A stretch of 64,000 bases of DNA from Octopus sinensis. Its lineage: Eukaryota. The notes under the pieces were generated by a model. That model saw only the letters and a program-made list of their open reading frames with translations. It did no database searches and was not told the origin of the DNA. Made by a program: the position numbers and the translations under genes. Every line of letters begins with the position of its first letter. Within the stretch, counting starts at the first letter, position 1. Below are positions 1-13,300 of this stretch, piece after piece. The stretch covers positions 7,006,001-7,070,000 of the forward strand of contig NC_043025.1 of the NCBI RefSeq assembly GCF_006345805.1. Reading direction: 5' to 3'.

Positions 1-330
1 GTCCAGAAGCTAATATTTCTGCCAGCCCACTGCCTTTTGATCGTATACAATTAACAGGATCTTAAGACACAAGAAAGAAAGAATAACAAAGAAAGAAGTA
101 AAAATATTATATATGGTCTGCATTATTAAATCTCAGAATGAGATTGAAACAGTAATCGCTCGATAATGTAAAGTATAGAAGCCATCTTAACATGGTTAAC
201 CACATTGGGGAGGGGGTGTTACTGTAGCTTTATAGCCCCAAGAGATCTTCGTCTCTAGCTGGCCTTAGACACAATATCTGTGCCCTTGGAGTATTTGCAA
301 AGGGAGGCCATCCCTTCCTCGCAAGCCTGA

Positions 331-387
331 GTGATACGCTCGAACTAGTTTCGGGATTGTTGTCCCTCGTCAACGGGCGGTAACCAC
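331..387 (-). ncRNA. Mirror copy of the hammerhead-like motif in the left arm (sense to PBRM1 pre-mRNA)
   Basis: Reverse complement reads GTGGTTACCGCCCG TTGACGA GGGACAACAATCCC GAAACTAGTT CGAGCGTATCAC. Confidence 0.65.
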
Positions 388-410
388 GCCTTCACTTTCA
401 TCGCTACCTG

Positions 411-467
411 GTGGTTACTGCCCGTTGACGAGGGACAACAATCCCGAAACTAGTTCGAGCGTATCAC
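411..467 (+). ncRNA. Type-I hammerhead ribozyme-like motif (U3 variant) in the right arm
   Basis: UUGACGA + stem II GGGA-CAACAA-UCCC + GAAAC-UA-GUU; palindromic stem III ACUAGU; imperfect stem I (GUGGUUACUGCCCG / CGAGCGUAUCAC). Confidence 0.65.
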
Positions 468-1479
468 TCAGGCTTGCGAGGAAGGGATGGCCTCCCTTTG
501 CAAACACTCCAAGGACAAAGATATTGTGTCTAAAACCAGCTGGAGACGAAGATCTCTTGGGGCTATAAAGCTACAGTAATACCCCCTCCCCTATGTGGTT
601 AGCCATGTTAAGATGGCTTCTATACTTTACATTATATATGGTCTGTTTTATCACAAAAATAGATGAGCGGAGATAGAGAGGTGTGCCTTGCTTTAGGCGC
701 CTCAGCTCCTTGATGATGTCAACAATTTGTAGTTTTGTTGTGATGGACGGATGAATGGATAGATAGTGTAGATGGTTGTATGAATGAAGAGAGGAATGGA
801 ATGTTAGACAGACAGACAGACACAGAGATAGATAATAGATACATACATATATATACACACACATACAGAGATGCATAGATAAACAGATTAGATAGATATA
901 CAGAGAGAGAGAGAGAGAGAGAGTGAGAGTGGGTGAATGGATGGACGGTTGTATGAATGGATGGATGGATGGATAGATAGATACGTGGACAAACGGATAG
1001 ATAGATACATACATACATACATAATTAGGGGGAGAGAGAGAGAAGAATAGCCTGAAAGAGGGATGGCTATATTGATAGACAGATTACAGAGAGAGAAAGC
1101 GAGAAAGAGAGAGATGGATGGATGGATAGATAGAAAGAGGTTATAGATATGTAGGTAGGTAGGTAGGTAAACAGAGAAAACACCGAATGTACAGGTGAGT
1201 TTTGTGTGGACAGACGGACGGACAGAGAGATAGGAGGATATATATGAATAAAAAAACTGGTCGGACAGATAATCTGATGGTCGGACAGATACACAGAGAG
1301 ACAAAACAGACAGACTGTCAAGGGGACATATGGAGTGAGAGCAGCAAACAGGATCAATGTAAAACCATATACATTTCAAAGCACATATTTCCTATAATAT
1401 ATATATATATATATATATAAATATAAATTGCTTATACTTCACAGAATATAAATTATCTGCATATATTTCACTGCCATAC

Positions 1480-1532
<53 letters not shown>

Positions 1533-1673
1533 ACATGTACTTTACGCAATACAATTTAAGTGCATAAAATGACTTCACAATTCATATTAATTCACAAGGT
1601 ATATTTATCAGCATATATTTCACTCGGTATAAAGTCAACTGCATATATTTCACCACAAAGCAATATTTCCCTT

Positions 1674-1706
<33 letters not shown>

Positions 1707-3807
1707 TTTTGCAAACAATAGTAATATTTTCACAGACATATTATGGAGATAAAAAATATCAGCAAAACAGAAAATATCAACATTCAACAACACAAAACAC
1801 TTCACAGTATTGCAATCATGTGAAAAACATTTTTGATTTTGATTTTGGTTTCCTTTTCCTTCTTTTTTCTTTTCATTTTTTTTTTACAGATTTTTTTTTT
1901 TTTTTTTTTTTTTTAGGTAATTAGGAAACATAACGAGAATTTAAATAAAAATCAATATTTACCCCACCTCCCGACTTTTCGTTAATAATAATAAATCGAT
2001 TAAATTCAAAGAGAAAGGCATCACACTTTGGAAAAGAATAACAAGAAAGGTGTAGGTCATAATACGCGGTTGTCAGAGATGAGGTCAACATCTGGACGAT
2101 GGATCTAATTGACCTGATATTCCGATGTAAGGTGTGTCTATGTGTGTGTGTGTGTGTGTGTGTGTATGCATGTGTGCATCTCTCTCTCTCTCTCTCTCTC
2201 TCTAACAGATACTCTCTCTTTGATACTGAAATGCTGTATAATATTCTATTATGTTCTCCATGTTACAATTCTGTTTTCATATATTTTTAATACCATGGTA
2301 ACACACAAACACACACATATATATCTTTATACTTACATACATTAGAATGAATTAGAATGACCCCCTTCGGTCAGACACTGACCATGGGTTTGCACCTAGA
2401 GAGTTACCCTCTGAAGCACAAGTCTGGGCAAGGTTGTTTTTTATGGAAGACCAGCAGTCGCCAATGCATACCGGCCTCCACTCTCCACATCACCGATGTT
2501 GTCCAAGGGAAAGGCAAGGGCCGATACAGTTTGGCACCTGTGATGTCGCAACTCTTTTCCACAGCTGAGTGAACTGGAGCAACGTGAAATAAAGTGTCTT
2601 GCTCAAGAACACAACACGCAGCCCGGTCCGGGATTCGAGCTCACAACCTCACGACCGTAAGCTCGACGCTCTAACCACAGAGCCACGTGCCTTTATACAT
2701 ACATATCTATATATATATACATATATATATATATATACACACACACATTTATATACACATACACATTTATATACAAGGTTTTCAGCTGACTTCAAAACCT
2801 TTCTATCTTGTAACCAAGGGTGACAGTCTAAGCCAGCCAACATCGAAAAAGTGTTAATGAGTTTAAAATAATCTGCACACGATGTTGGGGGGGGGTGATA
2901 GTATACTCGTGCCGGTGGCACGTAAAGAGCACCATCCATTCATGGCCGTTTGCCAGCCTCGCCTGGCCCCCGTGCCGGTGGCACATAAAAAGCACCATCC
3001 GATCGTGGCCGTTTGCTAGACTCGTCTGGCACCTGTGCCGGTGGCACGTAAAAAGCACCTACTACACTCACGGAGTGGTTGGCGTTAGGAAGGGCATCCA
3101 GCCGTAGAAGCATTGCCAGATAAGACCGGAGCCTGGTGCAGCCTTCTGGCTTCCCAGATCCCCGATCGAACCGTCCAACCCATGCTAGCATGGAAAGCGG
3201 ACGCTAAACGATGATGATACACACAGATATACACACGCATAAATATACAGATACCTATATACACACACGTACATATATACATACAGATGTTTATATATTT
3301 TTATAGGTGCAGGCATGGACGCATCGGTAAGAAGTTTGCTTCCAACCACATGGTCCTGGGTTCAACCCCACTGTGTAGCACCTTGGGCAAGTGTCTTCTC
3401 CTACAGCTTCACCCCAACCAAACTCCGTCACGTGTGTATGTGTGTGTGAAAGTGCTTGTGCCTCCTTTGATAGGAGGGAACACACGTGTGCGTGTATCTC
3501 TCTATATATTGGACCACTGGGCCCCCAGAAACAGTTGCTGGACCCGTAAAACTTTTCTTCAACCCCTTTCATTCCTAATACCATTTCTATTCTATATAAG
3601 TAGGACTTTTCTGTATGTAAACATTTTTCGTAATAAATGTACTTATTCCCTCTGACCCATGAAAGCATGGAAAAATGGATGTAAAAAGAATGATGGTGAT
3701 GATGATTTATGGCTACACGCAGAGAATCAGAGCCAAGATTGGGTTGGCCCCTACACACCCCCCATCTACATATCCATAAACACAACTATTATTACTAGCA
3801 TAAATAC

Positions 3808-4555
3808 CTATTTCTTTACTGCCCACAAGGGGCTAAACATAGAGGGGACAAACAAGGACAGACAAACGGATTAAGTCGATTACATCGACCCCAGTGCATA
3901 ACTGGTACTTAATTTATCGACCCCGAAAGGATGAAAGGCAAAGTCGACCTCGGCGGAATTTGATTTCAGTATGTAACGGCAGACGAAATACCTATTTCTT
4001 TACTACCCACAAGGGGCTAAACATAGAGGGGACAAACAAGGACAGACAAACGGATTAAGTCGATTACATCGACCCCAGTGCGTAACTGGTACTTAATTTA
4101 TCGACCCCGAAAGGATGAAAGGCAAAGTCGACCTCGGCGGAATTTGAACTCAGAACGTAGCGGCAGACGAAATACCTATTTCTTTACTACCCACAAGGGG
4201 CTAAACACAGAGGAGACAAACGGATTAAGTCGATTACATCGACCCCAGTGCGTAACTGGTACTTAATTTATCGACCCCGAAAGGATGAAAGGCAAAGTCG
4301 ACCTCGGCGGAATTTGAACTCAGAACGTAGCGGCAGACGAAATACCTATTTCTTTACTACCCACAAGGGGCTAAACACAGAGGAGACAAACGGATTAAGT
4401 CGATTACATCGACCCCAATGCGTAACTGGTACTTAATTTATCGACCCCGAAAGGATGAAAGGCAAAGTCGACCTTGGCAGAATTTGAACTCAGAACGTAG
4501 CGGCAGACGAAATACCGCTGAGCATTTCACCCGGCGTGCTAACGATTCTGCAAGC
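3808..4555 (-). mobile_element. tRNA-derived SINE family B, head-to-tail tetramer with a single head
   Basis: Units start at about 3809, 3993, 4158 and 4328; head GC(T)TGCAGAATCGTTAGCACGCC present once; central GCCTTTCATCCTTTCGGGGTCGATAAATTAAGTACCAG resembles the MetaSINE central domain (recalled, unverified). Confidence 0.85.
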
Positions 4556-5578
4556 ATAAATGCCAACCACCCACACACATCCAGATAGTAGCAGAGTGTA
4601 GAAAGATGAAGATGATAAGGATCATGTAACAGAGATGTCAGACTGTGTATGCCTGCACCATAGACATCAGGGGTTCCCAAGCCTTCTGGGAACTACTTTG
4701 GCACCGCAAACACCTCATACACGTCACCCGGTCATCCAATGTTCCAAGGGACAACAGTCATAAGTAACACTAATTTAGTATTGGTAGACCTTGAAAGGGT
4801 GACAGGCAAAGCTGATCTAAGCAATATTTGAACTCTGAATGCAAAGAACTGGGGAAAAAACTGCAACGTATTTTTGACAATTCATTATAATAATAATAAT
4901 AATAATAATACTCTTTTACTTGTTTCAGTCATTTGACTGCGGCCATGCTGGAGCACCGCCTTTAATCGAGCAACTCGACCCCGGGATTTATTCTTTTGTA
5001 AGCCCAGTACTTATTCTATCGGTCTCTTTTGCCGAACCGCTAGGTAACGGGGACATAAACACACCAGCATCGGTTGTCAAGCAATGCTAGGGGGACAAAC
5101 ACAGACGCACAAACACACACACACACACACATATATATACATGTATACGATGGGCTTCTTTCAGTTTCCGATGATGATGACGATGATGATGAAGAATAAT
5201 AATAATAATAATCTTTTCTACTACACGCACAAGGCCTGAAATTTGGGGGAGGGGGATAGTGGACAACACTGACCCCAGGGGTCAACGGATACTTAATTCA
5301 TCAACCCGAAAAGGATGAAAGGCAAAGTCGACCTTGGCGGTATTTGAACCGGAAAATAGTAATCTTTTCTACAAAGCCAAAAGTTTGGGGGCAAGGTCTA
5401 GTCAATTAAACTGACCCCAGTGTTCAACTGGTACTTAATTCATCGACCCCTGCCCCCACCCCAAAGACAAAGTTAACCTCAGCACAATTTGAACTCATAT
5501 ATTTGAGTAATAATAAAAAAAACAATGGTGTTGATGATTTTGTATTTGCTACAGAAGTGAAGAGATGAGAGAGATGAG

Positions 5579-5638
<60 letters not shown>

Positions 5639-5735
5639 GTATATATATATATACACTATGTATCCATATACATGTGTATTTATATACATACATATATGCA
5701 CACACACAAATGTATATATATATATATGTGTACGT

Positions 5736-5794
<59 letters not shown>

Positions 5795-5817
5795 TACACA
5801 CGTACATACATGCACCT

Positions 5818-6026
5818 ACTCTTTACTCTTTTACTTGTTTCAGTCATTTGACTGCGGCCATGCTGGAGCACCACCTTTAGCCGAGCAAATTGACCCCAGG
5901 ACTTATTCTTTGTAAGCCTAGTACTTATTCTATCGGTCTCTTTTGCCGAACCGCTAAGTTACGGGGACATAAACACACCAGCATCGGTTGTCAAGCGATG
6001 TTGGGGGGACAACTACAGACACACAA

Positions 6027-6059
<33 letters not shown>

Positions 6060-6230
6060 CATATATACGACAGGCTTCTTTCAGTTTCTGTCTACCAGAT
6101 CCACTCACAAGGCTTTGGTCGGCCCGAGGCTATAGTAGAAGACACTTGCCCAAGGTGCCACGCAGTGGGACTGAACCCGGAACCATGTGGTTGGTAAGCA
6201 AGCTACTTACCACACAGCCACTCCTGCGCC
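5818..6230 (-). mobile_element. tRNA-derived CORE-type SINE family A, full length
   Basis: Head GGCGCAGGAGTGGCTGTGTGGTAAG with box B-like GGTTCAGTCCC, CORE-like GGCACCTTGGGCAAGTGTCTT, internal (TA)n(TG)n, tail GACTGAAACAAGTAAAAGAG. Confidence 0.88.
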
Positions 6231-7120
6231 TACAAATATGTTTAAAACAATAACAAAAACCAAGAACACAAATAAAAACTGAAAAAAAAAAAGACATAAA
6301 AGAAATTCTGACACCAAACAAGAAAAACAACACCAATAGGTACAACAACTACAACAACAAAAACAACGACCCGACAAGAGAGCCTCTAAATAGCTCACTG
6401 ATCTGCTAGAAATAGCAGCAAAATCTCCCTCACATTACACACCCCCTCCATCATTACAAATATAAACAGGAAAGGACACATTGAATAATATATAAAAGTG
6501 GATTGCTGTGTAGATGACGGACATATAAATTACAACAGGATGGTCATGGTTGGCCTGAGGCTAGAAAGAACAACAGCAGCAGAAGCATATAAATAATGAT
6601 GTAGACTGTATGCAAACTTTTTTTCACATATACATACATATACACACACACACACACGTGTGTGTATGTATGTATGTATGTATTTATATATACCAATATG
6701 TACATGTATATACATGTGTGTGTAGACATATACCCCTTACATATGTATACACACACACACATATATATCATCATCTGAAATTAAGTGATGTATGTATATC
6801 TATGTATATATGCACATATATGTGTATGTATGTGCATGTTGTGTGTGCATATATATATTTTTGAACAAAGAAGGTAAGAAGAAACTTTTACAAAAGAAGA
6901 GTAAACCCGTCCAGCAACCCGGAAAGATACCAAGAGACAAACACAGAAACATCTAAAAAGAAAAAAAACAGTAAAAAGCACAGACAGATGAAACAATTCC
7001 ACCACATCCTCCACCCACTCAACCACCCATAACACCGCCACCCCTCCTCTCCACCCAAGAATTAAAAAAAATTAAAGCCTACCCCCACAAAAAAAAACAC
7101 GTAAAACAATTTACACATAA

Positions 7121-7152
<32 letters not shown>

Positions 7153-7256
7153 TTTTTATATATTATATACACATATATTACAATATATATATACATATAA
7201 AATATATATATATATATATATTATATATTATATACACATATATATATATATATAAA

Positions 7257-7288
<32 letters not shown>

Positions 7289-7301
7289 TATATACACATA
7301 T

Positions 7302-7346
<45 letters not shown>

Positions 7347-7412
7347 TATATACACATATATATATATATATAAAATATATATATATATTATATACACATA
7401 TATATATTATAT

Positions 7413-7464
<52 letters not shown>

Positions 7465-7544
7465 TATATAACATATATATATATATATATGATGAAAACA
7501 CATAACAGCAAAGCATAATTGTATTTAGGTGCTTGGCCACTTAC

Positions 7545-7712
7545 CCGGTATACTTGCGATCGAGGTTCATTGAACGTCTTGGCATTCTTGATCATGAGCA
7601 GGAGGTCCTTCTCCAGGCTGGTTACACTGGTATAGTAATCTTCCTGGATACGTTGGGCAATCAGTTTGAGATCAATAGGGTCCTTGATGATCTCGTAGTA
7701 TTTCGGGTACTT
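7545..7712 (-). CDS. PBRM1: Polybromo-1 coding exon 5, bromodomain 2 core (KYPKYYEIIKDPIDLKLIAQRIQ...KNAKTFNEPRSQVYR)
   Basis: Acceptor TTATTGCCAG|AAG, donor CGG|GTAAGT, 168 nt (phase 0 to 0); matches recalled human BD2 (YPDYYAIIKEPIDLKTIAQRIQ...KNAKTYNEPGSQVFK). Confidence 0.97.
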
Positions 7713-7869
7713 CTGGCAATAAACACAAACATGCGTGCAGTGAACCGTTCGCTGGAAGGGGTTTCGTCGTCTGGTCCGGGAGTGCAAGCCACCCGGATAA
7801 ACATGAGCGTGTGCATACGGGAGCAAATAACTGGGAAGAGTACATGTGTGCACAGCTATCTATATCTCT

Positions 7870-9085
7870 ATTTCTTTACTACCCACAAGGGGCTAAACAT
7901 AGAAGGGACAAACAATTTACGGTGAGTTCATTTCATCAGGCATCATCATCATTTAATATCTGTTTCTTTACTACCCACAAGGGGCTAAACACAGAGGGGA
8001 CAAACAAGGACAGACAAACGGATTAAGTCGATCACATCGACCCCAGTGCGTAACTGGTACTTAATTTATCGGCCCCGAAAGGATGAAAGGCAAAGTCGAC
8101 CTCGGCGGAATTTGATCTCAGCATGTGAACGGCAGACGAAATACCTATTTCTTACTACCCACAAGGGGCTAAACACAGAGGGGAGAAGAAACAAGGACAG
8201 ACAAACGGATTAAGTCGATTACATCGACCCCAGTGCGTAATGGTACTTAATTTATCGACCCCGAAAGGAAAGGATGAAAGGCAAAGTCGACCTCGGCGGA
8301 ATTTGAACTTAGAACGTTAGCGGCAGACGAAATACCTATTTCTTTACTACCACAAGGGGCTAAACACAGAGGAGACAAACGGATTAAGTCTGATTAGTCG
8401 ATGACCCCAGTGCGTAACTGGTACTAATTTATCGACCCCGAAGGATGAAAGGCAAAGTCGACCTCGGCGGAATCTGAACCCAGAACGTAACGGCAGACGA
8501 AATACCTTTCTTTACTACCACAAGGGCGCTAAACACAGAGGGGACAAACCAAGACAGACAAACAGATTAAGTCGATTATATCGACCCACTGCGTCGTAAC
8601 TGGTACTTATTTATCGCCCCTGAAAGGATGAAAGGCAAAGTCGACCTCGGCGGAATTTGAACTCAGAACGTAGCGGCAGACGAAATACCTGTTTCTTTAC
8701 TACCCACAAGGGGCTAAACACAGAGGAGACAAACGGATTAAGTCGATTACATCGACCCCAGTGCGTAACTGGTACTTAATTTATCGACCCCGAAAGGATG
8801 AAAGGCAAAGTCGACCTCGGCGGAATCTGAACCCAGAACGTAACGGCAGACGAAATACCTATTTCTTTACTACCCACAAGGGGCTAAACACAGAGGGGAC
8901 AAACAAGGACAGACAAACAGATTAAGTCGATTATATCGCCCCAGTGCGTAACTGGTACTTAATTTATCGACCCTGGAAAGGATGAAAGGCAAAGTCGACC
9001 TCGGCGGAATTTGAACCCAGAACGTAACGGCAGACGAAATACGGCTACGCATTTCGCCCGGCGTGCTAACGTTTCTGCCAGCTCA
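7870..9085 (-). mobile_element. SINE family B tandem array, about 6 units plus a fragment
   Basis: Repeated GAAATACCTATTTCTTTACTACCCACAAGGGGCTAAAC junctions; a single head at 9040-9085. Confidence 0.85.
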
Positions 9086-9974
9086 CCGTAAGATATCTCT
9101 ATCCATCTATCTGTGTGGGGGGGGGGGTATGTGGCCCAGTGGTTAGGGTGTTGCACTCCCAATTGTAAGATCATGAGTTCAATTCCCACACCGGGTTGTG
9201 CATTGTGTTCTTGAGCAAAACACTTCACCTCCACACTACTCTGCGATTACTTTCGACACCTGACATGTAGCATACAAATTGCTCAGCAAGAAAATCTCTT
9301 TCTTGAATCAAGATATATTAGATACGTACGTGTGTGTGTGTGTATTCTCACCACCATTTGACAACCAGTATTGGTTTGTTTACATCCCAATAACTTAGCT
9401 GTTTGGCAAAAGAGACAAACAGAATGAGTACTGGACTTACAATTAAAAAAATATAAATATTTGGTTCAATTTGTTTGACTAAGACCCTCCTAGATGGTGC
9501 TCCAGCATGGGCATGGTCCAATGACTTATACAAGATAAAACACACAAAGTAATTTCGGGGTAAGGGTACCCTAAGAAAGGGAACGGATTTCAGGATTCCA
9601 CAAGAGCAAAATAGTTGGGAAATGCTGCACTAGATAGATGGAGGGAGTAGATGACATACAAAACAAGACACAAGGAAGACGGAGAAAGTATAAGGCAGAG
9701 GATGAAGATGTGCGAAAGAGAGAGGAAACAGAAGGAGAAAATAAAAGACTCAAGGAGAAGATGTAAGACAGAAGAAGAGGTTGTAAGACAGGGAGAAAAT
9801 ATAAAACAGACGGCAAGGATGTAAGACAAAGAGAGAAGGCATAGGACATAAGGAGAAAGCATAAGACTGAGGGAGAAAATGTAAGCCAAGGATGTAAGAT
9901 AGAAAGAGAAGGCATAGGGCATATGGTGAGGATGTAAGACTGAGGAGAAAACATAAAACAGAAAGAGATGGTAT

Positions 9975-10167
9975 ACTCTTTTACTCGTTTCAGTCATTTG
10001 ACTGCGGCCATGCTGGAGCACCGCCTTTTTTTTAATCGAGCAACTCGATCCTGGGACTTATTCTTTTGTAAGCCCAGTACTTATTCTATCAGTCTCTTTT
10101 GCCGAACCGCTAAGTAACGGGGACATAAACACACCTGCATCGGTTGTCAAGCAATGCTAGGGGGACA

Positions 10168-10224
<57 letters not shown>

Positions 10225-10389
10225 TATGACGGGCTTCTTTCAGTTTCCGTCTACCAAATCCAATCACAAGGCTTTGGTTGGCCTGAGGCTATAGTAGAAG
10301 ACACTTGCCCAAGGTGCCACGCAGTGGGACTGAACCCGGAACCATGTGGTTGGTAAGCAAGCTACTTACCACACAGCCACTCCTATGCC
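9975..10389 (-). mobile_element. Family A SINE, full length, interrupting the degenerate edge of the minisatellite
   Basis: Same head, CORE-like block and tail as 5818-6230. Confidence 0.88.
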
Positions 10390-13300
10390 TATAGGACACA
10401 AAGAGAAAATATAAGCCAGAGTATGACAATGTAAAATTGAGGGACTAGTAAGACAGGAGAAAATATAAAAGTGAGGGAGAAGACATAAGGCTAAGGGAGC
10501 AAATACAAGAGAGGGGGAGGATGTAAGACAGAGGATATAGGGAGAAAATGTAAGCCAGATGGTGAGGATGTAAGAGTGAGGGAGAAGACATAAGGCTAAG
10601 GGAGCAAATACAAGACAGAGGGGGAGGATGTAAGACAGAGGACATAGGGAGAAAATATAAGCCAGAGGGTGAGGATGTAAGAGTGAGGGAGAAGACATAA
10701 GGCTAAGGGAGCAAATACAAGACAGAGGGGGAGGATGTAAGACAGAGGACATAGGGGGAAGAAAATATAAGCCAGGGGTGAGGATGTAAGAGTGAGGGAG
10801 AAGACATAAGGCTAGGGAGCAGCAAATACAAGACAGAGGGGGTAGGATGTAAGACAGAGGACATAGGGAGAAGAAAATATAAGCCAGAGAGTGAGGATGT
10901 AAGAGTGAGGGAGAAGACATAAGGCTAAGGGGCAAATACAAGACAGAGGGGGAGGATGTAAGACAGAGGACAATAGGGCAGAAAATATAAGCCAGAGGTG
11001 AGGGTGTAAGAGTGAGGGAGAAGACATAAGGCTAAGGGAGCAGCAAATACAAGACAGAGGGGGAGGATGTAAGACAGAGGACATAGGGAGAAAATATAAG
11101 CCAGAGGGTGAGGATGTAAGAGTGAGGGAAAGAAGACATAGGCTAAGGGAGCAAATACAAGACAGAGGGGAGGATGTAAGACAGAAGACATAGGGAGAAA
11201 GTATAAGCCAGAGGGTGAGGATGGAAGAATGAGGGAGAAGACATAAGGCTAAGGGAGCAAATACAAGACAGAGGGGGAGGATGTAAGACAGAAGACATAG
11301 GGAGAAAATATAAGCCAGAGGGTGAGGATGGAAGAGTGAGGGAGAAGACATAAGGCTAAGGGAGCAAATACAAGACAGAGGGGGAGGATGTAAGACAGAG
11401 GACATAGGGAGTAAATATAAGCCAGAGGGTGAGGATGTAAGAATGAGGGAGAAGACATCATAAGACCAAGGGAGCAAATACAAGACAGAGGGGGAGGATG
11501 TAAGACAGAAGACATAGGGAGAAAATATAAGCCAGAGGGTGAGGATGGAAGAGTGAGGGAGAAGACATAAGGCTAAGGGAGCAAATACAAGACAGAGGGG
11601 GAGGATGTAAGACAGAGGACATAGGGAGAAAATATAAGCCAGAGGGTGAGGATGTAAGAATGAGGGAGAAGACATAAGGCTGAGGGAGCAAATACAAGAC
11701 AGAGGGGGAGGATGTAAGACAGAAGACATAGGGAGAAAATATAAGCCAGAGGGTGAGGATGTAAGATGAGGAGAGAAGAATAAGGCTAAGGGAGTAAATA
11801 CAAAACCAAGGACAGAGGGGGAGATGTAAGACAGAAGACATAGGGAGAAAATATAAGCCAGAGGGTGAGGATGGAAGAGTGACGGAGAAGACATAAGGCT
11901 AAGGGAGCAAATACAAGACAGAGGGGGAGGATGTAAGACAGAGGACATAGGGAGAAAATATAAGCCAGAGGGTGAGGATGTAAGAATGAGGGAGAAGACA
12001 TAAGGCTAAGGGAGCAAATACAAGACAGAGGGGGAGGATGTAAGACAGAAGACATAGGGAGAAAATATAAGCCAGAGGGTGAGGATGGAAGAATGAGGGA
12101 GAAGACATAAGGCTAAGGGAGCAAATACAAGACAGAGGGGGAGGATGTAAGACAGAAGATATAGGGAGAAAATATAAGCCAGAGGGTGTGGATGGAAGAG
12201 TGAGGAGAAGACATAAGGCTAAGGAGCAAATACAAGACAGAGGGGGGGAGGGAGGAGTAAGACAGAGGACATAGGGAGAAAATATAAGCCAGAGGGTGAG
12301 GATGTAAGAATGAGGGAGAAGACATCATAAGACCAAGGGTGCAAATACAAGACAGAGGGGGAGGATGTAAGACAGAAGACATAGGGAGAAAATATAAGCC
12401 AGAGGGTGAGGATGGAAGAGTGAGGGAGAAGACATAAGGTTAAGGGAGCAAATACAAGACAGAGGGGGAGGATGTAAGACAGAGGACATAGGGAGAAAAA
12501 ATAAGCCAGAGGGTGAGGATGTAAGAATGAGGGAGTAGACATAAGGCTAAGGGAGCAAATACAAGACAGAGGGGGAGGATGTAAGACAGAGGACATAGGG
12601 AGAAAATATAAGCCAGATGGTGAGGATGTAAGAGTGAGGGAGAAGACATAAGGCTAAGGGAGCAAATACAAGACAGAGGGGGAGGATGTAAGACAGAGGA
12701 CATAGGGAGAAAATATAAGCCAGAGGGTGAGGATGTAAGAGTGAGGGAGAAGACATAAGGCTAAGGGAGCAAATACAAGACAGAGGGGGAGGATGTAAGA
12801 CAGGGGACATAGGGAGAAAATATAAGCCAGAGGGTGAGGATGTAAGAGTGAGGGAGAAGACATAAGGCTAAGGGAGCAAATACAAGACAGAGGGGGAGGA
12901 TGTAAGACAGAGGACATAGGGAGAAAATATAAGCCAGATGGTGAGGATGTAAGAGTGAGGGAGAAGACATAAGGCTAAGGGAGCAAATACAAGACAGAGG
13001 GGGAGGATGTAAGACTGAGGACATAGGGAGAAAATATAAGCCAGATGGTGAGGATGTAAGATTGAGGGAGAAGACATAAGGCTAAGGGAGCAAATACAAG
13101 AGAGAGGGGGAGGATGTAAGACAGAGGACATAGGGAGAAAATATAAGCCAGAGGGTGAGGATGTAAGAGTGAGGGAGAAGACATAAGGCTAAGGGAGCAA
13201 ATACAAGACAGAGGGGGAGGATGTAAGACAGAGGACATAGGGAGAAAATATAAGCCAGAGGGTGAGGATGTAAGAGTGAGGGAGAAGACATAAGGCTAAG

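Larger units (their letters stand above)
121..630. mobile_element. Palindromic (foldback) non-autonomous element, Penelope-like pLTR-derived, with 15-bp target-site duplication
   Basis: Inverted arms 163-387 and 411-635 (225 bp each, few mismatches) around a 23-nt loop; direct repeat ATTATATATGGTCTG at 106-120 and 631-645. Confidence 0.8.

Noticed and set aside
1-59. Strong minus-strand acceptor (TTCTTGTGTCTTAAG|ATCC) as PBRM1 exon 6
   Set aside because: Exon 5 ends in phase 0 and that frame stops after 16 codons. Only the phase-1 frame is open (PVNCIRSKGSGLAEILASG), and it does not resemble the expected DA..LKK helix. It cannot be supported without an unseen intervening exon.
571-1014. 147-aa minus ORF ending TTKLQIVDIIKELRRLKQG...
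   Set aside because: It starts in microsatellite and ends inside the palindromic element, with no splice signals or recognisable domain
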